Below are positions 39,733-53,427 of a DNA stretch of 64,000 bases, piece by piece (position 1 is the stretch's first letter; each line of letters opens with the position of its first letter). The stretch is taken from NCBI RefSeq assembly GCF_009914755.1, contig NC_060929.1. One strand, 5' to 3'. Under the pieces are notes generated by a model. The model searched no databases and was not told the DNA's origin. It saw only the letters and a program-made list of their open reading frames with translations. This DNA is from the human T2T-CHM13v2.0 reference genome, Homo sapiens. Both the position numbers and the translations under genes were made by a program.

Positions 39733-42700
39733 GAAAAGACGGGCTCCCAAATTAATCTCATCTAGGGATGCCTATTGATTTGCAGAAGCTTCTTAAAAAA
39801 TTTTCAGTATTTTTATTTAAAAACTTTATGAAAGGCAAATAAAAACCTTAAGCGACTAATTGGTTAAAAAAATGTCTACTAACCTTTGGCTTAGTTACTA
39901 CCCCAATCCAAAGGAAACAAGACTTCACACCAATTGGCTGACTTTGGGTAAGTAGTGGGGTACATTTTACTTGGGTAAATGGTGGAATTGGATTGCAGGC
40001 CCTCCCCTCAGTAAAGTCCCTCTTGGTTAAAAAGGGATTTGGCACTATGGGATGTTAACTGCTATTCTCTTTGGATTAATCTGCCTTGCACTTTTTGCTG
40101 ATGGCTATGGGTGACAGGATTAGACATGTATAGGAATGAGACATGGGGAACATTTTTCTCCCCAAAGGGGAAAAGTTGAGAGCTGATGGGACTGCTGGAA
40201 AAGATCCCTTTTATGACTGACAAGTGGCCATCTGATCTTTAAATCAGTGTTGCTGCAGTGGGTAGGTCTTTCTCTGGCCTCCCTGAGATCTCTGCTATAC
40301 CTACCCCAACACAGGCAATGTTTTCTCTCTCTTTTTCTCCTTTCCCTTTTCTATCTTTTCTGTTACTCAGGGTGACCATCTTGCCCAGAGAACACATGCT
40401 GAAACTCATTTAATCCACTTTGAGTGGACTAAAGATGACGGAGCCCAACCAGGAACAAGTTTAAGCCTAACCAGTTGATATTGGGCACTAAGCAGAGTGG
40501 TTAATGTTTTGTCACACGTATTTTGCCCTGGCTAGAATGGAAAATGTTAATTTGGGTCTCCTATGTAGTCGGTTGGGTGGCAACTTACAAAATTGAGAGA
40601 TTGCCTATGGTTCCATGAAACCAAAAAAGATGATTTTCCTTTGTGTTGTGGCTTGGGACCCATGGCTCTGGAGCATCTAGCAGGGTTGCTACGGCCACTC
40701 AGGGAAGGTCACCCAGAAACCTGGCATGCCAGCAAAAGGGTAAGGATTCCTTACCAGTCAGAATTCTGGCCTCTCTCTCTGTGCAAACTGGTTGTAGCAA
40801 TGGTAAAAATCACTGTCTCCTCCGCAAAGTTTTGATTAATTGGAAGAAAGGATTTGTGAGGCTAGTCTTAAGCTGTAGCAAATCTGGCATTCTTTGTGCT
40901 AAAAGCTTGTCTTTCTGCATTGTTCCATCATAAAAAGGGGTACCATAGGATGGAATGCGGGCCTAGGACCCCCATAAGCTTGCTGTTCAAGCCAGCTTGG
41001 CAAACTGGTTAGTTACAAACTTTGCTGCAGGTCCCTGAAACAAAAAACTGGGTGAGGATTTCCTCTCGTATGTCCTTGGGAAAAACAAAGGCGGTGCCAC
41101 ATTTTAGAGAAAATCTCTATATTCCTCATGGAACCCCAGGAATTGAAAGTAGATAGATTTCCCTCAACATCTAAGACTCCGTTTTATTTTTCATTGTGGT
41201 ATTTGATGTTTTTTACTTGGGCAGGGGGTGGGGGTTGTGGGGACATCAGAAATTACTTCACATTATCAGAGAACTTTGGTGTGTAATAAGTAGGTAGGAA
41301 ATAAACCTTTAGGGATGGCAAGTGACAGTTATGGGGGAACACTCTGCTCTTTCCACGTTTGGATCAGAGAAGCATGCTCTTGGCCACCAAGAAAGTATAG
41401 AAATATCCTGACCCACACTGAGATAAGATTCCCATGGAGGATGGGCTGATTGCAGAATGGGCTGATCAACAGCACATGGTAAAATCATTGCACTGCCTTG
41501 TTCAGCATTTCATTTTTGGGGATCCAGGATTCAGTATGAAAATGACTCCCAGAATTTTTTGGGATCTGTTTTGCCTTCCAGCTGTGACTGCTTATTAGGC
41601 CCTAGAAACTACATGTTTTCCTAGCTCTGTTCTTCTAAGGACACCACCCTGAATCCAGTAACCTAATAAAGAAACTTAAAAACTGCAAATGAAAAATCTT
41701 ACAATTACTAGATCTTCTGTCTCTCTGTGTTGTTATATGTGTTATGTGTGTAATGTTTATATATGAAAGAGTTCTGATTAATTGGCTTAAAAACAATAAG
41801 TGCTTAAATCAAATATTTTGTCAGAAAAATACAACTGTGATGCCTTTTAGTTCACCTTTGGGAAATAAAGAGTTTTCAAGATCATTGGTAAAATAAAGAG
41901 ATTTGGTCTAAATTAAGCAGGTCAGATATTAGGTTTGCTAAATGCTTTAAGGAGATAAACTGCTTCTTTGGCGTTTGAAAATTGTTTAAATCACCTGCTT
42001 TGGAGCCATTAGATTCTAGGTAAGGCCTGGGGACATGTGAAGTTAGCCAAGCCCCATGGCTATGCTGGAAAGTCAGACTTTACCTGCACTTCTATCTGGT
42101 GTCCTAAGCTCCACACCTAGTACATAATTAAAATCATTCACTTACCTGGTTTTTCACCAAAAATTAAAATTGCCAAGAGTTAACGTTGTAACATATAATT
42201 GAGACTACTGAATAAACAGTTTTAGTTGCAAGGTATGTGAGGAAAATGAAATGTACGTTTGATAAAATATTATTAGAAGGCATGGGAATGTGTTTTTTGT
42301 TTGTTTGTCCAGATTCAAGGGTTAAAGGATTGTTTTAAGTTAGATAGGATAAAGCTGAAGGTTTAAACAAAGTGTAGAAAGTTCATGAGAAATTAGTCGT
42401 GTAAAAGAAATTCTGTGTGTGAATATATTGGCTAAAGTTAAAGGGGTATTTTTCATTTTTTTCTGTAAATTGAACATTAAAAGCACAAACAAGGTTTTCT
42501 TAGGACACTGATCTGCTCTTTAAAAATTTTGTAAAATGTTATAAAAGGTTTATGAGAATCTCACATGGTCAAACTGATTAAGATTGGATAGATTTGTTTA
42601 TAAGGGTTTATTAAAAATAGGAGTTGACATTAATAGCACACTAATGCAAGGGTGAAATTTGGCTTTCTCTCTTGAACCAGATTTTCATGTACTATTAAAG

Positions 42701-43957
42701 GATAATGAAAGATTTTTGTTTGCCTTTTGAATAAACTATAGGACAAATAAGAGAAAGACGAGAGACAGATTGTTTGGAAAGCTAAGTGTTCCGTCTATCA
42801 ATGAGTAAAGGTTTTGCCTTTTAAAAATGTTTGAGTCATCATTTTGGCTAAATGAATGACTTATGGTGACCTGGAATTCTATTTCATAATTTCAAGTGTT
42901 TAAACCTTTAACATATTTGGTAGGCTTCCCAAAATCAAATTTTAGCTTCAAAGTTGCATTTTCTGACCTCTAACTTTGGGATGCTGCAGAGGGCCCCTGA
43001 AGCATCCAAAAAAGAGGCAACCAGAATTATTTGACACGTTAAGTTACATGGGAAGCATTGTCAAAATAAAAAATAATGTTTAACCTTCTTCAGGTTATAT
43101 TATAGTGCATGATATTAAAATATGTTCCAAAATTACACAGGATTTCTAAAATTCTAATATGTCTGAGTATATGCTATCAACCATAATTATGGTTATTATA
43201 TTAAGTTATTGTAGACCACAGAAATAACCAAATTTCCTTTTCAATTATATCTTTAACTATGACTATTTAAAGTCATTTCTACAGTTAATTGCTTAATTCT
43301 GATGCAGTTTCTGAAAACTGCATGAGCACGCAAAACCCTAGAATATGATGTCTTTTAGGAGGCTCATGAAAGGATGGAAAGGACCCTGGAAACCACTTTG
43401 GAATACAGGTTTCTGATGACTAGAATCATGTCATTTGGACTGGGTAAGATTTCCTGGAACTTTAATGAAAAGATTGACTGGTTTATAGAACCGCTAATCC
43501 AAGTAGAACAAAAATTAATTGAATACCAAGAAAATACTTTGACAGATTTTCATGCTGAATCAGCCAATACTGAAATTGTTTAGTTATACAGTTTGAATGA
43601 ACTCCATGGTCTAAGTCAAATTACCTATGATAACTCATTAATTATCAGTCTTTTGCACTGAAATTGGAGAAACAACTGGTATTCAAGAGGACATAAGTCC
43701 AATGTTAAGCATGGACTCATGGAGAACCAGGACAGCCACCTTGTTCTTCCTGAGTCCTTAATGTTTTTCTTATTAAAAGTTCTGCATTCCATGACTTATC
43801 ATGGAAAAGATAAAATAATCCAAATTAAATAGATATTGGTATGGTGACTTCTAAATTGCTAAAATAGTTTATGACCAATATTTGGTTTCTCAAACCCATA
43901 TTCTTGGGAAGACAATCAAAGCTTCAGGTACATTTGGCTACCTGAAGGGCCATTTAA

Positions 43958-44298
<341 letters not shown>

Positions 44299-44906
44299 TC
44301 AATTGTCATTTTCAATGCAGATTTTCTGGTTATATAAAAGCTTTCCCACGTGAGAGGGCTGATGTTGTAACTGTAGATTATTATGTCACCATGCATTTTT
44401 ACCAGGTAAAGAAAGCTTTTATGGGTCACTGACTGAGGACAATCAACCCCTTAACAACCTAGAACCTGAAGACTGGATCTTCTGAGAACATCAGAGAAAG
44501 ACTGCTCTTGCCACCTGTACTGCAGCATAACTTCAGGACCTGAACCTTGGGTTCATAATCTCATAACCAAGAAGGGTCCCTCCATACTCTTGGAACTGTA
44601 CACCCATTGGAAACCTTAAGGTGAAGCTAACCTGGGAAGTCTCTCCCCAGAAGATGGCATCCTTAATGTGAACAGCTTCTCCTAAGATCACAGATCAGGA
44701 CTTCTCTACTATCATGAGACTCTTATCTTTGAATATTTGTTCTCTTGCTGATGCCTCTATGAAAAACAGAAGTGAAAGCGGGTCTTTTGTGTGAACTCAT
44801 GGGGTATACTTTTATTTGTGAAGGACTTTACAGCCAGCCTTAAACATGGATAACCTTATACTTTGATAAATGAAAGATGAAGACCCAATGCAGGTTGTAA
44901 ATTTTA

Positions 44907-45500
44907 ATGGTACGTACTTTGCCTCATAATCAGTTAGAAACAGAACATTTGTTTGCTCCTCTTAACCTACGTCATGGGTTAATGAGAACATTGCCAGGAA
45001 GCGTTCACTCTTCTAGAAGGACATCATTGTTAGGTCCTTTTCCATGGTTTGGAGTAAAAGATGCAATGATTAGAAATATATTCCTCATGATAGTCTCTAT
45101 AGCAGATTCTACTGTAAAGGTTATGGTTACACAACAGACTTTAAATTATCTTGTGAATATTATGCTAAATAATAGAATTACTCTAGATTACTTACTGGCT
45201 AAGCGGGAAACCATCTCTGCAGCTGCTGGCACTTGTGGCCTATGGAGAAATACATCACGTTAGGTATTATAGAGATTCAGTTGTAGGGGATTAATGCAGA
45301 GACTGCTTAGTTAAGCAAGTGGATTCTTTAGCTCATTCTTTGATCTATTTAATTGTAAGTGGTTTTGTTTACGGGGACCCTGGGTAAGGACCATACTCCA
45401 AATATTATCCTCCTGACAGCCATAATGGTAGTTCCCCAGTGTGCTGTATTCTCTCAAAAGTTTTAAATGTTTGCATTCAGCCATACCTAGAATGTCAAAT
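44907..45500 (+). pseudogene. ERV env TM remnant with immunosuppressive-domain motif
   Basis: ORF 44907-45263: FPWFGV..LNYLVNIMLNNRITLDYLLAKRETISAAAGTCGLWRNTS (CKS-17-like LxNRxxLDxLLA). Confidence 0.8.
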
Positions 45501-45685
45501 GGTCTCTCTTTAACTGGAATGAAAAGAGATGAAAGAACTGTGTGACCAGGAGGGCACTGTAACCTATGAATGACATGCTGAGACTGGACACCCAAAATGA
45601 TGGTAACTAAGAGTAGCACTAAGGCCCTAAGTTTTGGTCACACTCTCACCTAAGTGAGAAGCTGACCAAAAAGGGGGAATATCAA

Positions 45686-48600
45686 TATATTTACTTTAAG
45701 TTCTGGAATACATGTGCAGAACGTGCAGGTTTGTTACATAGGTACACGTGCCATGGTGGTTTGCTGCACTGATCAACCCGTAATCTACATTAGGTATTTC
45801 TCCTAATACCATTTCTCACCTAGCCCCCCAACCCCTGACAGGCCCCAGTGTGTAATGTTACCCTCCCTGTGTCCACGTGTTCTCATTGTTCGACTCCCAC
45901 TTATGAGTGAGAATATGCGGTGTTTGGTTTTCTGTTCTTGTGTTAGTTTCCTGAGAATGATGATTTCCAGCTTCATCCATGTCCCTGCAAAGGTCATGAA
46001 CTCATCCTTTTTTATGGCTGCATAGTATTCCATGGTGTATATGTGCCACATTTTCTTTATTCAGTCTATCATTAATGGGCATTTGGATTGGTTCCAAGTC
46101 TTTGCTATTGTGAACAATGTTGCAATAAACATACATATGCATGTGGTCTTTATAGTAGAATGATTTATAATACTTTGGGTATATATCCAGTAATGAGATT
46201 GCTGGGTCAAATGGTATTTCTGGTTCTAGATCCCTGAGGAATTGCCACACTGTCTTCCACGATGGCTGAACTAATTTACACTCCCACCAACAGTGTAAAA
46301 GCATTCCTATTTCTCCACATCCTCTCCAGCATCTGTTGTTTCCTGACTTTTTAATGATCACCATTCTAACTGGCATGAGATGGTATCTCATTGTTGTTTT
46401 GATTTGCATCTCTAATGACCAATGATGATGAGCTTTTTTTCTTATGTTTGTTGGCTGCATAAATGTCTTCTTTTGAGAAGTGTCTGTTCATATCCTTTGC
46501 CCACTTTTTGATGGGGTTGGTTTTTTTTCTTGTAAATTTGTTTAAGTTCCTTGTAGATTCTGGATTTTAGCCCATTGTCAGATGGGTAGATTGCAAAAAT
46601 TTTCTCCCATTCTGTAGGCTGCCTGTTCACTCTGATGATAGTTTCTTTTGCTGTGCAGAAGCCCTTTAGTTTAATAAGATCCCATTCATCAATTTTGGCT
46701 TTTGTTGCCATTGCTTTTGGTGTTTTAGTCATGAAGCCTTTGCCCATGCCTATGTTCTGAATGGTATTGCCTAGGTTTTCTTCTAGGGTTTTTATGGTTT
46801 TAGGTTTTAGGTTTAAGTCTTTAGGTCGTCTTGAGTTAATGTTTGTATAAGGTATAAGGAAGAGGTCCAGTTTCAGTTTTCTGCATATGGCTAGCCAGTT
46901 TTCCCAACACCATCTATTAAATAGGGACTCATTTCCCCATTGCTTATTTGTGTCAGGTTTCTCAAAAATCAGATGATTGTATACATGTGGCATTATTTCT
47001 GAGGCTTCTGTTGTGTTCCACTGGTCTATACTGTTTGGTACCAGTACCATGCTGTTTTGATTACTGTGGCCTTGTAGTATAGTTTGAAGTCAGGTAGTGT
47101 AATACCTCCAGCTGTGTTCTTTTTGCTTAGTATTGTCTTTGTTATACGGGCTCTTTTTTGGTTCCATATGAAATTTAAAGTAGTTTTTTTCTAATTCTGT
47201 GAAGAAAGTCAATGGTAGCTAGATGGGGATAGCATTGAATCTGTAAATTACTTTGGGCAGTATGGCCATTTTCAAAATATTCATTCTCCCTAATCATAAG
47301 CATGGAATGTTTTTCCATTTGTTCATGTTCTCTCTTATTTCCTTGAGCAGTGGTTTGTAGTTCTCCTTGAAGAGGTCCTTGACATCCCTTATAAGTTGTA
47401 TTCCTAGGTATTTTATTCTCTTTGTAGCAATTGTGAATGGAAGTTCACTCACGATTTGGCTATTATTGGTGTATAGGAATTCTTGTGATTTTTGCACATT
47501 GATTTTATATCCTGAGACTTTCCTTAAATTGCTGATCAGCTTAAGGAGATTTGGGGCTGAGATGATGGGGTTTTCTAAATATACAATCATGTCATCTCCA
47601 GACAGAGACAATTTGACTTCCTCTCTTCCTATTTGAATACCCTTTATTTCTTTCTCTTGCCTCATTGCCCTGGCCTCAACTTCCAATACTATGTTGAATA
47701 GGAGTGGTGAGAGAGGGCATCCTTGGCTTGTGCTGGTTTTCAAAGGAATGCTTCCAGCTTTCGCCCATTCAGTATGATATTGGCTGTGGGTTTGTCATAA
47801 GTAGCTCTTATTATTTTGAGATATGTTCCATTAATATCTAGTTTATTGAGAGTTTTTAGCATGAAAGTGTGTTGAATTTTCAAAGGCCTTTTCTGCATCT
47901 ATTGAGATAATCAGGTGGTTTTAGTCATTGGTTTTTGCCACTCTGTTTATGTGATGGATTATGTTTATTGATTTGTGTATGTTGAACCAGCCTTGCGTCC
48001 CAGGGATGAAGCTGACCTGATCATGATGGATAAGCTTTTTGATGTGCTGGTGGATTCGGTTTGCCAGTATTTTATTGAGGATGTTTGCATCGATGTTCAT
48101 CAGGGATATTAGCCTGAAATTTTCTTTTTTTGTTGTGTCTTTGCCAGGTTTTGGTATCAGGATGATGCTGGCCTCATAAAATGAGTTAGTGAGGAGTCCC
48201 TCCTCCTCAATTTTTTGGAATAGTTTTAATAGCAATTGTACCATCTCTTCTTTGTATCTCTAGTAGAATTCAGCTGTGAATGCATCTGGTCCTGGGATTT
48301 TTTTTGTTGTTGTTGGTAGGCTGTTTATTATAGCCTCAATTTTGGAACTCATTATTGGTCTATTCAGGGATTCAGTTTCTCCCTGATCCAGTCTTGGGAG
48401 GGTGTATGTGTCCAGGAATTTATCCATTCTTTCTAGATTTTCTAGTTTATTTGCATAGAGGTATTTATAGTATTCTCTGATGGTAGTTTTTATATCTGCA
48501 GGATCAGTGGTGATATCTGCTTTATCATTTTTTGTTGCATCTATTTGATTCTTCTCTCTTGTCTTCTTTATTAGTCTCACTAGCAGTCTATTTTGTTGAT

Positions 48601-49487
48601 CTTTTTAAAATACAAACTCCTGGATTCATTGATTTTTTTGAAGGGTTTTTCATATCTCTATCTCCTTCAGTTCTGTTCTAATCTTAGTTATTTCTTGTCT
48701 TTTGCTAGCTTTTGAATTTGTTTGCTTTTGCTTCTCTAATTCTTTTAATTGTGATGTTAGGGTGTCAATTTTAGATCTTTCCAGCTTTCTTCTGTGGGCA
48801 TTTAGTGCTATAAATTTCCCTCTAAACACTGCTTTAGCTGTGTTCCAGAGATTCTGGTACTTTGTGTCTTTGTTCTTATTGGTTTCAAATAACTTATTTA
48901 TTTCTGCCTTAATTTTGTTATTTACCCAGTAGTCATTCAGGAGCAGGTTATTCAGTTTCCATATAGTTGTGCGGTTTTGACTAGTTCCTTAATCCTGAGT
49001 TCTAATTTGATTGTACTGTGGTCTGAGAGACTGTTGTGATTTCCGTTCTTTTGCATTTGCTGAGGAGTGTTTTACTTCCAACTATGTGGTCCATTTTAGA
49101 ATAAGTGCAATGTGGTGCTGAGAAGAATGTATATTCTGTTGATTTTGAGTGGAGAGTTCTGTAGATGTCTATTAGGTCCACTTGGTTCAGAGCTGAGTTC
49201 AAGTCTGAATATCCTTGTTAATTTTCTGTCTTGTTGATCTGTCTAATATTGACAATGGGGTATTAAAGTCTCCCACTATTATTCTGTGGGAGTCTAAGTC
49301 TCTTTGTAGGTCTCTAAGAACTTGCTTTATGAATCTGGGTGCTCCTATATTGGGTGCCTACATATTTAGGATAGTTAGCTCTTCTTGTTGCATTGATTCC
49401 TTTACTGTTATGTAAAGCCCTTCTTTGTCTTTTTTTATCTTTGTTGGTTTAAGTCTGTTTTATCAGAGACTAGGATTGCAACCCCTG

Positions 49488-49521
<34 letters not shown>

Positions 49522-51510
49522 TTCCATTTGTTTGGTAAATATTCCTCCATCCCTTTATTTTCAGCCCATGTGTGTCTTTGCACATGAGATGGGTCTCCTG
49601 AATACAGCACATCAATGGATCTTAACTCTTTATCCAATTTTCCAGTCTATGTCTTTTAACTGGGGCATTTAGCCCATTTACATTTAAGGTTAATGTTGTT
49701 ATGTGTGAATTTTATCCTGTCATTATGATGCTAGCTGCTTATTTTGCTCATTAGTTGATGCAGTTTCTTCATAGCATCAATGGTCTTTACAATTTGGTAT
49801 GTTTTTGCAGTGGCTGGTACTAGTTGTTCCTTTCCATGTTTAGTGCTTCCTTTAGAAGCTCTTGTAAGACAGGCCTGGTGACGACAAAATCTCTCAGCAC
49901 GTGCTTGTCTGTAAAGGATTTTATTTCTCCTTCACTTATGAAGCTTAGTTTGGCTGGATATGAAATTGTTGGTTGAAAATTCTTTTCTTTAAGAATGTTG
50001 AATATTGGCCCCCACTCTCTTCTGGCTTGTAGGGTTTCTACAGAGAGATCTGCTGTTAGTTGGATGGGCTTCCCTTTGTGGGTAACCCGACCTTTTTCTC
50101 TGGCTACCCTTAACATTTTTTCCTTCATTTCAACCTTGGTGAATCTGACGATTATGTGTCTTTTGGTTGCTCTTCTAAAGTTTGTGGTGTTCTCTGTATT
50201 TCCTGAATTTGCATGTTGGCCTGTCTTGCTAGGTTTGGGAAGTTCTCCTAGATAATATCCTGAAGAGTGTTTTCTCACTTGGTTTCATTCTCCCCATCAC
50301 TTTCAGGTACACCAATCAAACGTAGGTTTGATCTTTTCACATAGTCCCATATTTCTTGGAGGCTTTGTTCATTTCTTTTCATTCTTTTTTCTCTAATCTT
50401 GTCTTCGTGCTTTATTTCATTAAGTTGATTTTCGATCTCTGATATATTTTCTTCTGCTGGATCGATTCAGCTATTGATACTTGTGTATGCTTCATGAAGT
50501 TCTCATGCTGTGTTTTTCATCTCTATCAGGTCATTTATGTTTTTCTTTAAACTGGTTATACTAGTTAGCAATTCCTCTAAACTTTTTTCAACGTTCTTAG
50601 TTTCCTTGCATTGGGTTAGAACATGCTCCTTTAGCTCAGAGGAGTTTGTTATTACCCACTTTCTGAAGCCTACTTCTGTCAATTCATCAAACTCATTCTC
50701 TGTCCAGTTTTGTTCCCTTGCTGGTGAGGAGTTGTGATCCTTTGGAGGAGAAGAGGCATTCTGGTTTTTGGAATTTTCAGCTTTTCTGCACTGGTTTTTC
50801 CTTATCTTCATGGATTTATCTACCTTTGGTCTTTGCTGTTGTTGACCTTTGGATGGGGTTTCTGTGTGGACATCCTTTTTGTTGATATTGATGCTATTCC
50901 TTTCTGTTTGTTTTCCTTCTAACAGTCAGGACCCTCTGCTGCAGGTCTGCTGGAGTTTGCTGGAGGTCCACTCCAGATACTGTGTGCCTGGGTACCACCA
51001 GCAGAGGCTACAGAACAGCAAAGATTGCTGCCTGTTCCTTCCCCTGGAAGCTTCGTCCCAGAGGGGCACCCACCAGATGCCAGCCGGAGCTCTCCTGTAT
51101 GAGGTGTCCATCGACCTCTGCTGGGAGATGTCTCCCAGTCAGGAGGCATGGGAGTCAGGCACCCACTTGAGGAGGCAGTCTGTCCCTTAGCAGAGCTCGA
51201 GCACTGTGCTGGGAGATCCACTGCTCTCTTCAGATCTGGCAGGCAGGAATGTTTAAGTCCGCTGAAGCTGACTCCATAGCCACCTGTTTCCCCAGGTGTT
51301 ATTACAGATAGTTTTATCTATAAGCCCCTGACTGGGGCTGCTGCCTTTCTTTCAGAGATGCCTTGCCCAGAGTGGAGGAATCTAGAGAGGCAGTCTGGCT
51401 ACAGCAGCTTTGCCTAGTTGCAGTGGGCTCCACCCAGTTTGAACTTCCTGGTGGCTTTGTTTACACTGTGAGGGGAAAACCGCCTACTCAAGCCTCAGTA
51501 ATGGCAGATG
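45686..51510 (-). mobile_element. Near-full-length L1PA (PA7/8-like); ORF1/ORF2 disrupted, 5'UTR start missing
   Basis: 3'UTR at ~45690; ORF2 ([25 protein letters not shown]); ORF1 (RHIIVRFTKVEMKEKML, SYPAKLSF); 5'UTR ends at gcctcagtaatggcagatgc. Confidence 0.96.
49489..49518. repeat. T30 mononucleotide run inside the L1 ORF2 endonuclease region
   Basis: Counted directly, within the (minus) aaatggaaagc-A30-gcaggggttgcaatcc context. Confidence 0.9.
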
Positions 51511-51665
51511 CAATGGGAAATTTTTAAACAAAATTATGGGAGGCCATTGTTTTGGACTGAATTCATGCACTAGGCCCCAACAGCCCAGACCAAACCAAAA
51601 TGGAGCCACTTGTGCTAAACTTGACATAATCAAACTAAGACTTTAAGGAAACACATAGATCCTAG

Positions 51666-53178
51666 TGTGTCCAGAATTAGTGGGTTCTTGGTCTCACTGA
51701 CTTCAAGAATGAAGCCGCGGACACTCGCGGTGAGTGTTACAGTTCTTAAAGGCGGCGTGTCCGGAGTTTGTTCCTTCTGATGTTCGGATGTGTTCAGAGT
51801 TTCTTCCTTCTGGTGGGTCGGTGGTCTCGCTGGCTCAGGAGTGAAGCCGCAGACCTTCACAGTGAGTGTTACAGCTCTTAAGGCAGGACGTCTGGAGTTG
51901 TTTGTTCCTCCTGGTGAGCTCGTGGTCTCGCTGGCTTCAGGAGTGAAGCTGCAGACCTTCGTGGTGAGTGTTACAGCTCATAAAGGCAGTGTGGAACCAA
52001 AGAGTGAGCAGCAGCAAGATTTATTGCAAAGAGCAAAAGAACAAAGCTTCCACAGTGTAGAAGGGGACCCAAGCGGGTTGCCACTGCTGGCTCCCGCAGC
52101 CTGCTTTTATTCTCTTATCTGGCCCCACCCACATCCTGCTGATTGGTAGAGCTGAGTGGTCTGTTTTGACAGGGCGCTGATTGGTGTGTTTACAATCCCT
52201 GAGCTAGACACAAACGTTCTCCACGTCCCCACCAGATTAGCTAGATACAGAGTGTGGACACAAAGGCTCTCCAAGGCCCCACCAGAGTAGCTAGATACAG
52301 AGTGTCAATTGGTGCATTCACAAACCCTGAGCTAGACACAGGGTGCTGATTGGTGTGTTTACAAACCTTGAGCTAGATACAGAGTGCCCATTGGTGTATT
52401 TACAATCCCTGAGCTAGACATAAAGGTTCTCCAAGTCCCCACCAGAGTAGCTACATACAGAGTGTCAATTGGTGCATTCACAAACCCTGAGCTAGACACA
52501 GGGTGCTGATTGGTGCATTTACAATCCCTTAGCTAGACATAAAGGTTCTGCAAGTCCCCACCAGACTCAGGAGCCCTGCTGGCTTCACCCAGTGGATCCC
52601 GCACGGGGGCTGCAGGTGGAGCTGCCTGCCAGTCCCGCGCCCTGCGCCTGCACTCCGCAGCCCTTGGGTGGTCGATGGGACTGGGCGCCTTGGAGCAGGG
52701 GGCGGTGCTCGTAGGCGAGGCTCCAGCCGCACAGGAGCCCACGGGGTTGGGGGAGGCTCAGGCATGGCGAGCTGCAGGTCCCGAGCCCTGCCCTGCGGGA
52801 AGGCAGCTAAGGCCCGGCGAGAAAATGAGCACAGCAGCTGCTGGCCCAGGTGCTAAGCTGCTCACTGCCCAGGCCGCTGGGGCCAGCCGGCGGCTCCGAG
52901 TGCGGGGTCCGCGGAGCCCACGCCCACCGGGAACTCGCGCTGCTGGCCTGCAAGCATCGCAGCGCAGCCCCTATTCCCGCCCGCGCCTCTCCCTCCACAC
53001 CTCCTCCCAAGCTGAGGGAGCCAGCTCCGGCCTTGGCCAGCAGAGAAAGGGGCTCCCACAGTGCAGCGGAAGGCTGAAGGGCTCCTCAAGTGCCACCAAA
53101 TGGGAGCCCAGGCGGAGGAGGCGCTGAGAGCAGAGCAAGCGAGGGCTGTGAGGACTGCCAGCACGCTGTCAACTCTCA
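51666..53178 (-). mobile_element. LTR12C (ERV9) solo LTR
   Basis: Minus-strand start tgagagttgacagcgtgctggcagtcctcacagccctcgc and end ..aattctggacaca; CTAG TSD at 51662-51665 and 53179-53182. Confidence 0.96.
52100..52560 (-). promoter_or_regulatory. LTR12C U3 promoter/enhancer: tandem ~41-bp repeats with CCAAT (NF-Y) motifs, GATA site and AATAAAA TATA-like box
   Basis: Repeated gctagatacagagtg..attggtg..acaa units; cttatct at 52114-52120; ttttatt at 52105-52111. Confidence 0.75.
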
Positions 53179-53427
53179 CTAGAACAGACAAGATTTTGTT
53201 TTTTTCTGCTGTAAATAAGATGTTCCAGCATAGGGAGTTACCCTCTACTCTAACACGTAAGAAAAATAACCTGAAGTCCTTGTCCCCACCTTGCAAAACC
53301 CACTATTATACTGTTTCTCAGTGGGTTTCAAGGCCAAATAAGTACATTTATGATAGTGATAGTGACGTTGATGACTAAAGTTTTGGTCAATCTTTCAAAA
53401 TAGAGAAGGTGACCAAAAGGGGGGAAT

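Noticed and set aside
45686-51510. Potentially active full-length L1
   Set aside because: ORF1 and ORF2 are fragmented by many stops and frameshifts and the 5'UTR start is missing.
52130-52560. Regularly spaced ~41-bp repeats (CRISPR-like appearance)
   Set aside because: Degenerate tandem enhancer repeats of LTR12 with no unique spacers, in eukaryotic DNA.
52529-53378. Several overlapping 60-150 aa ORFs and a CpG-island-like region
   Set aside because: Within the GC-rich U3 of LTR12C; not a host gene promoter or CDS.
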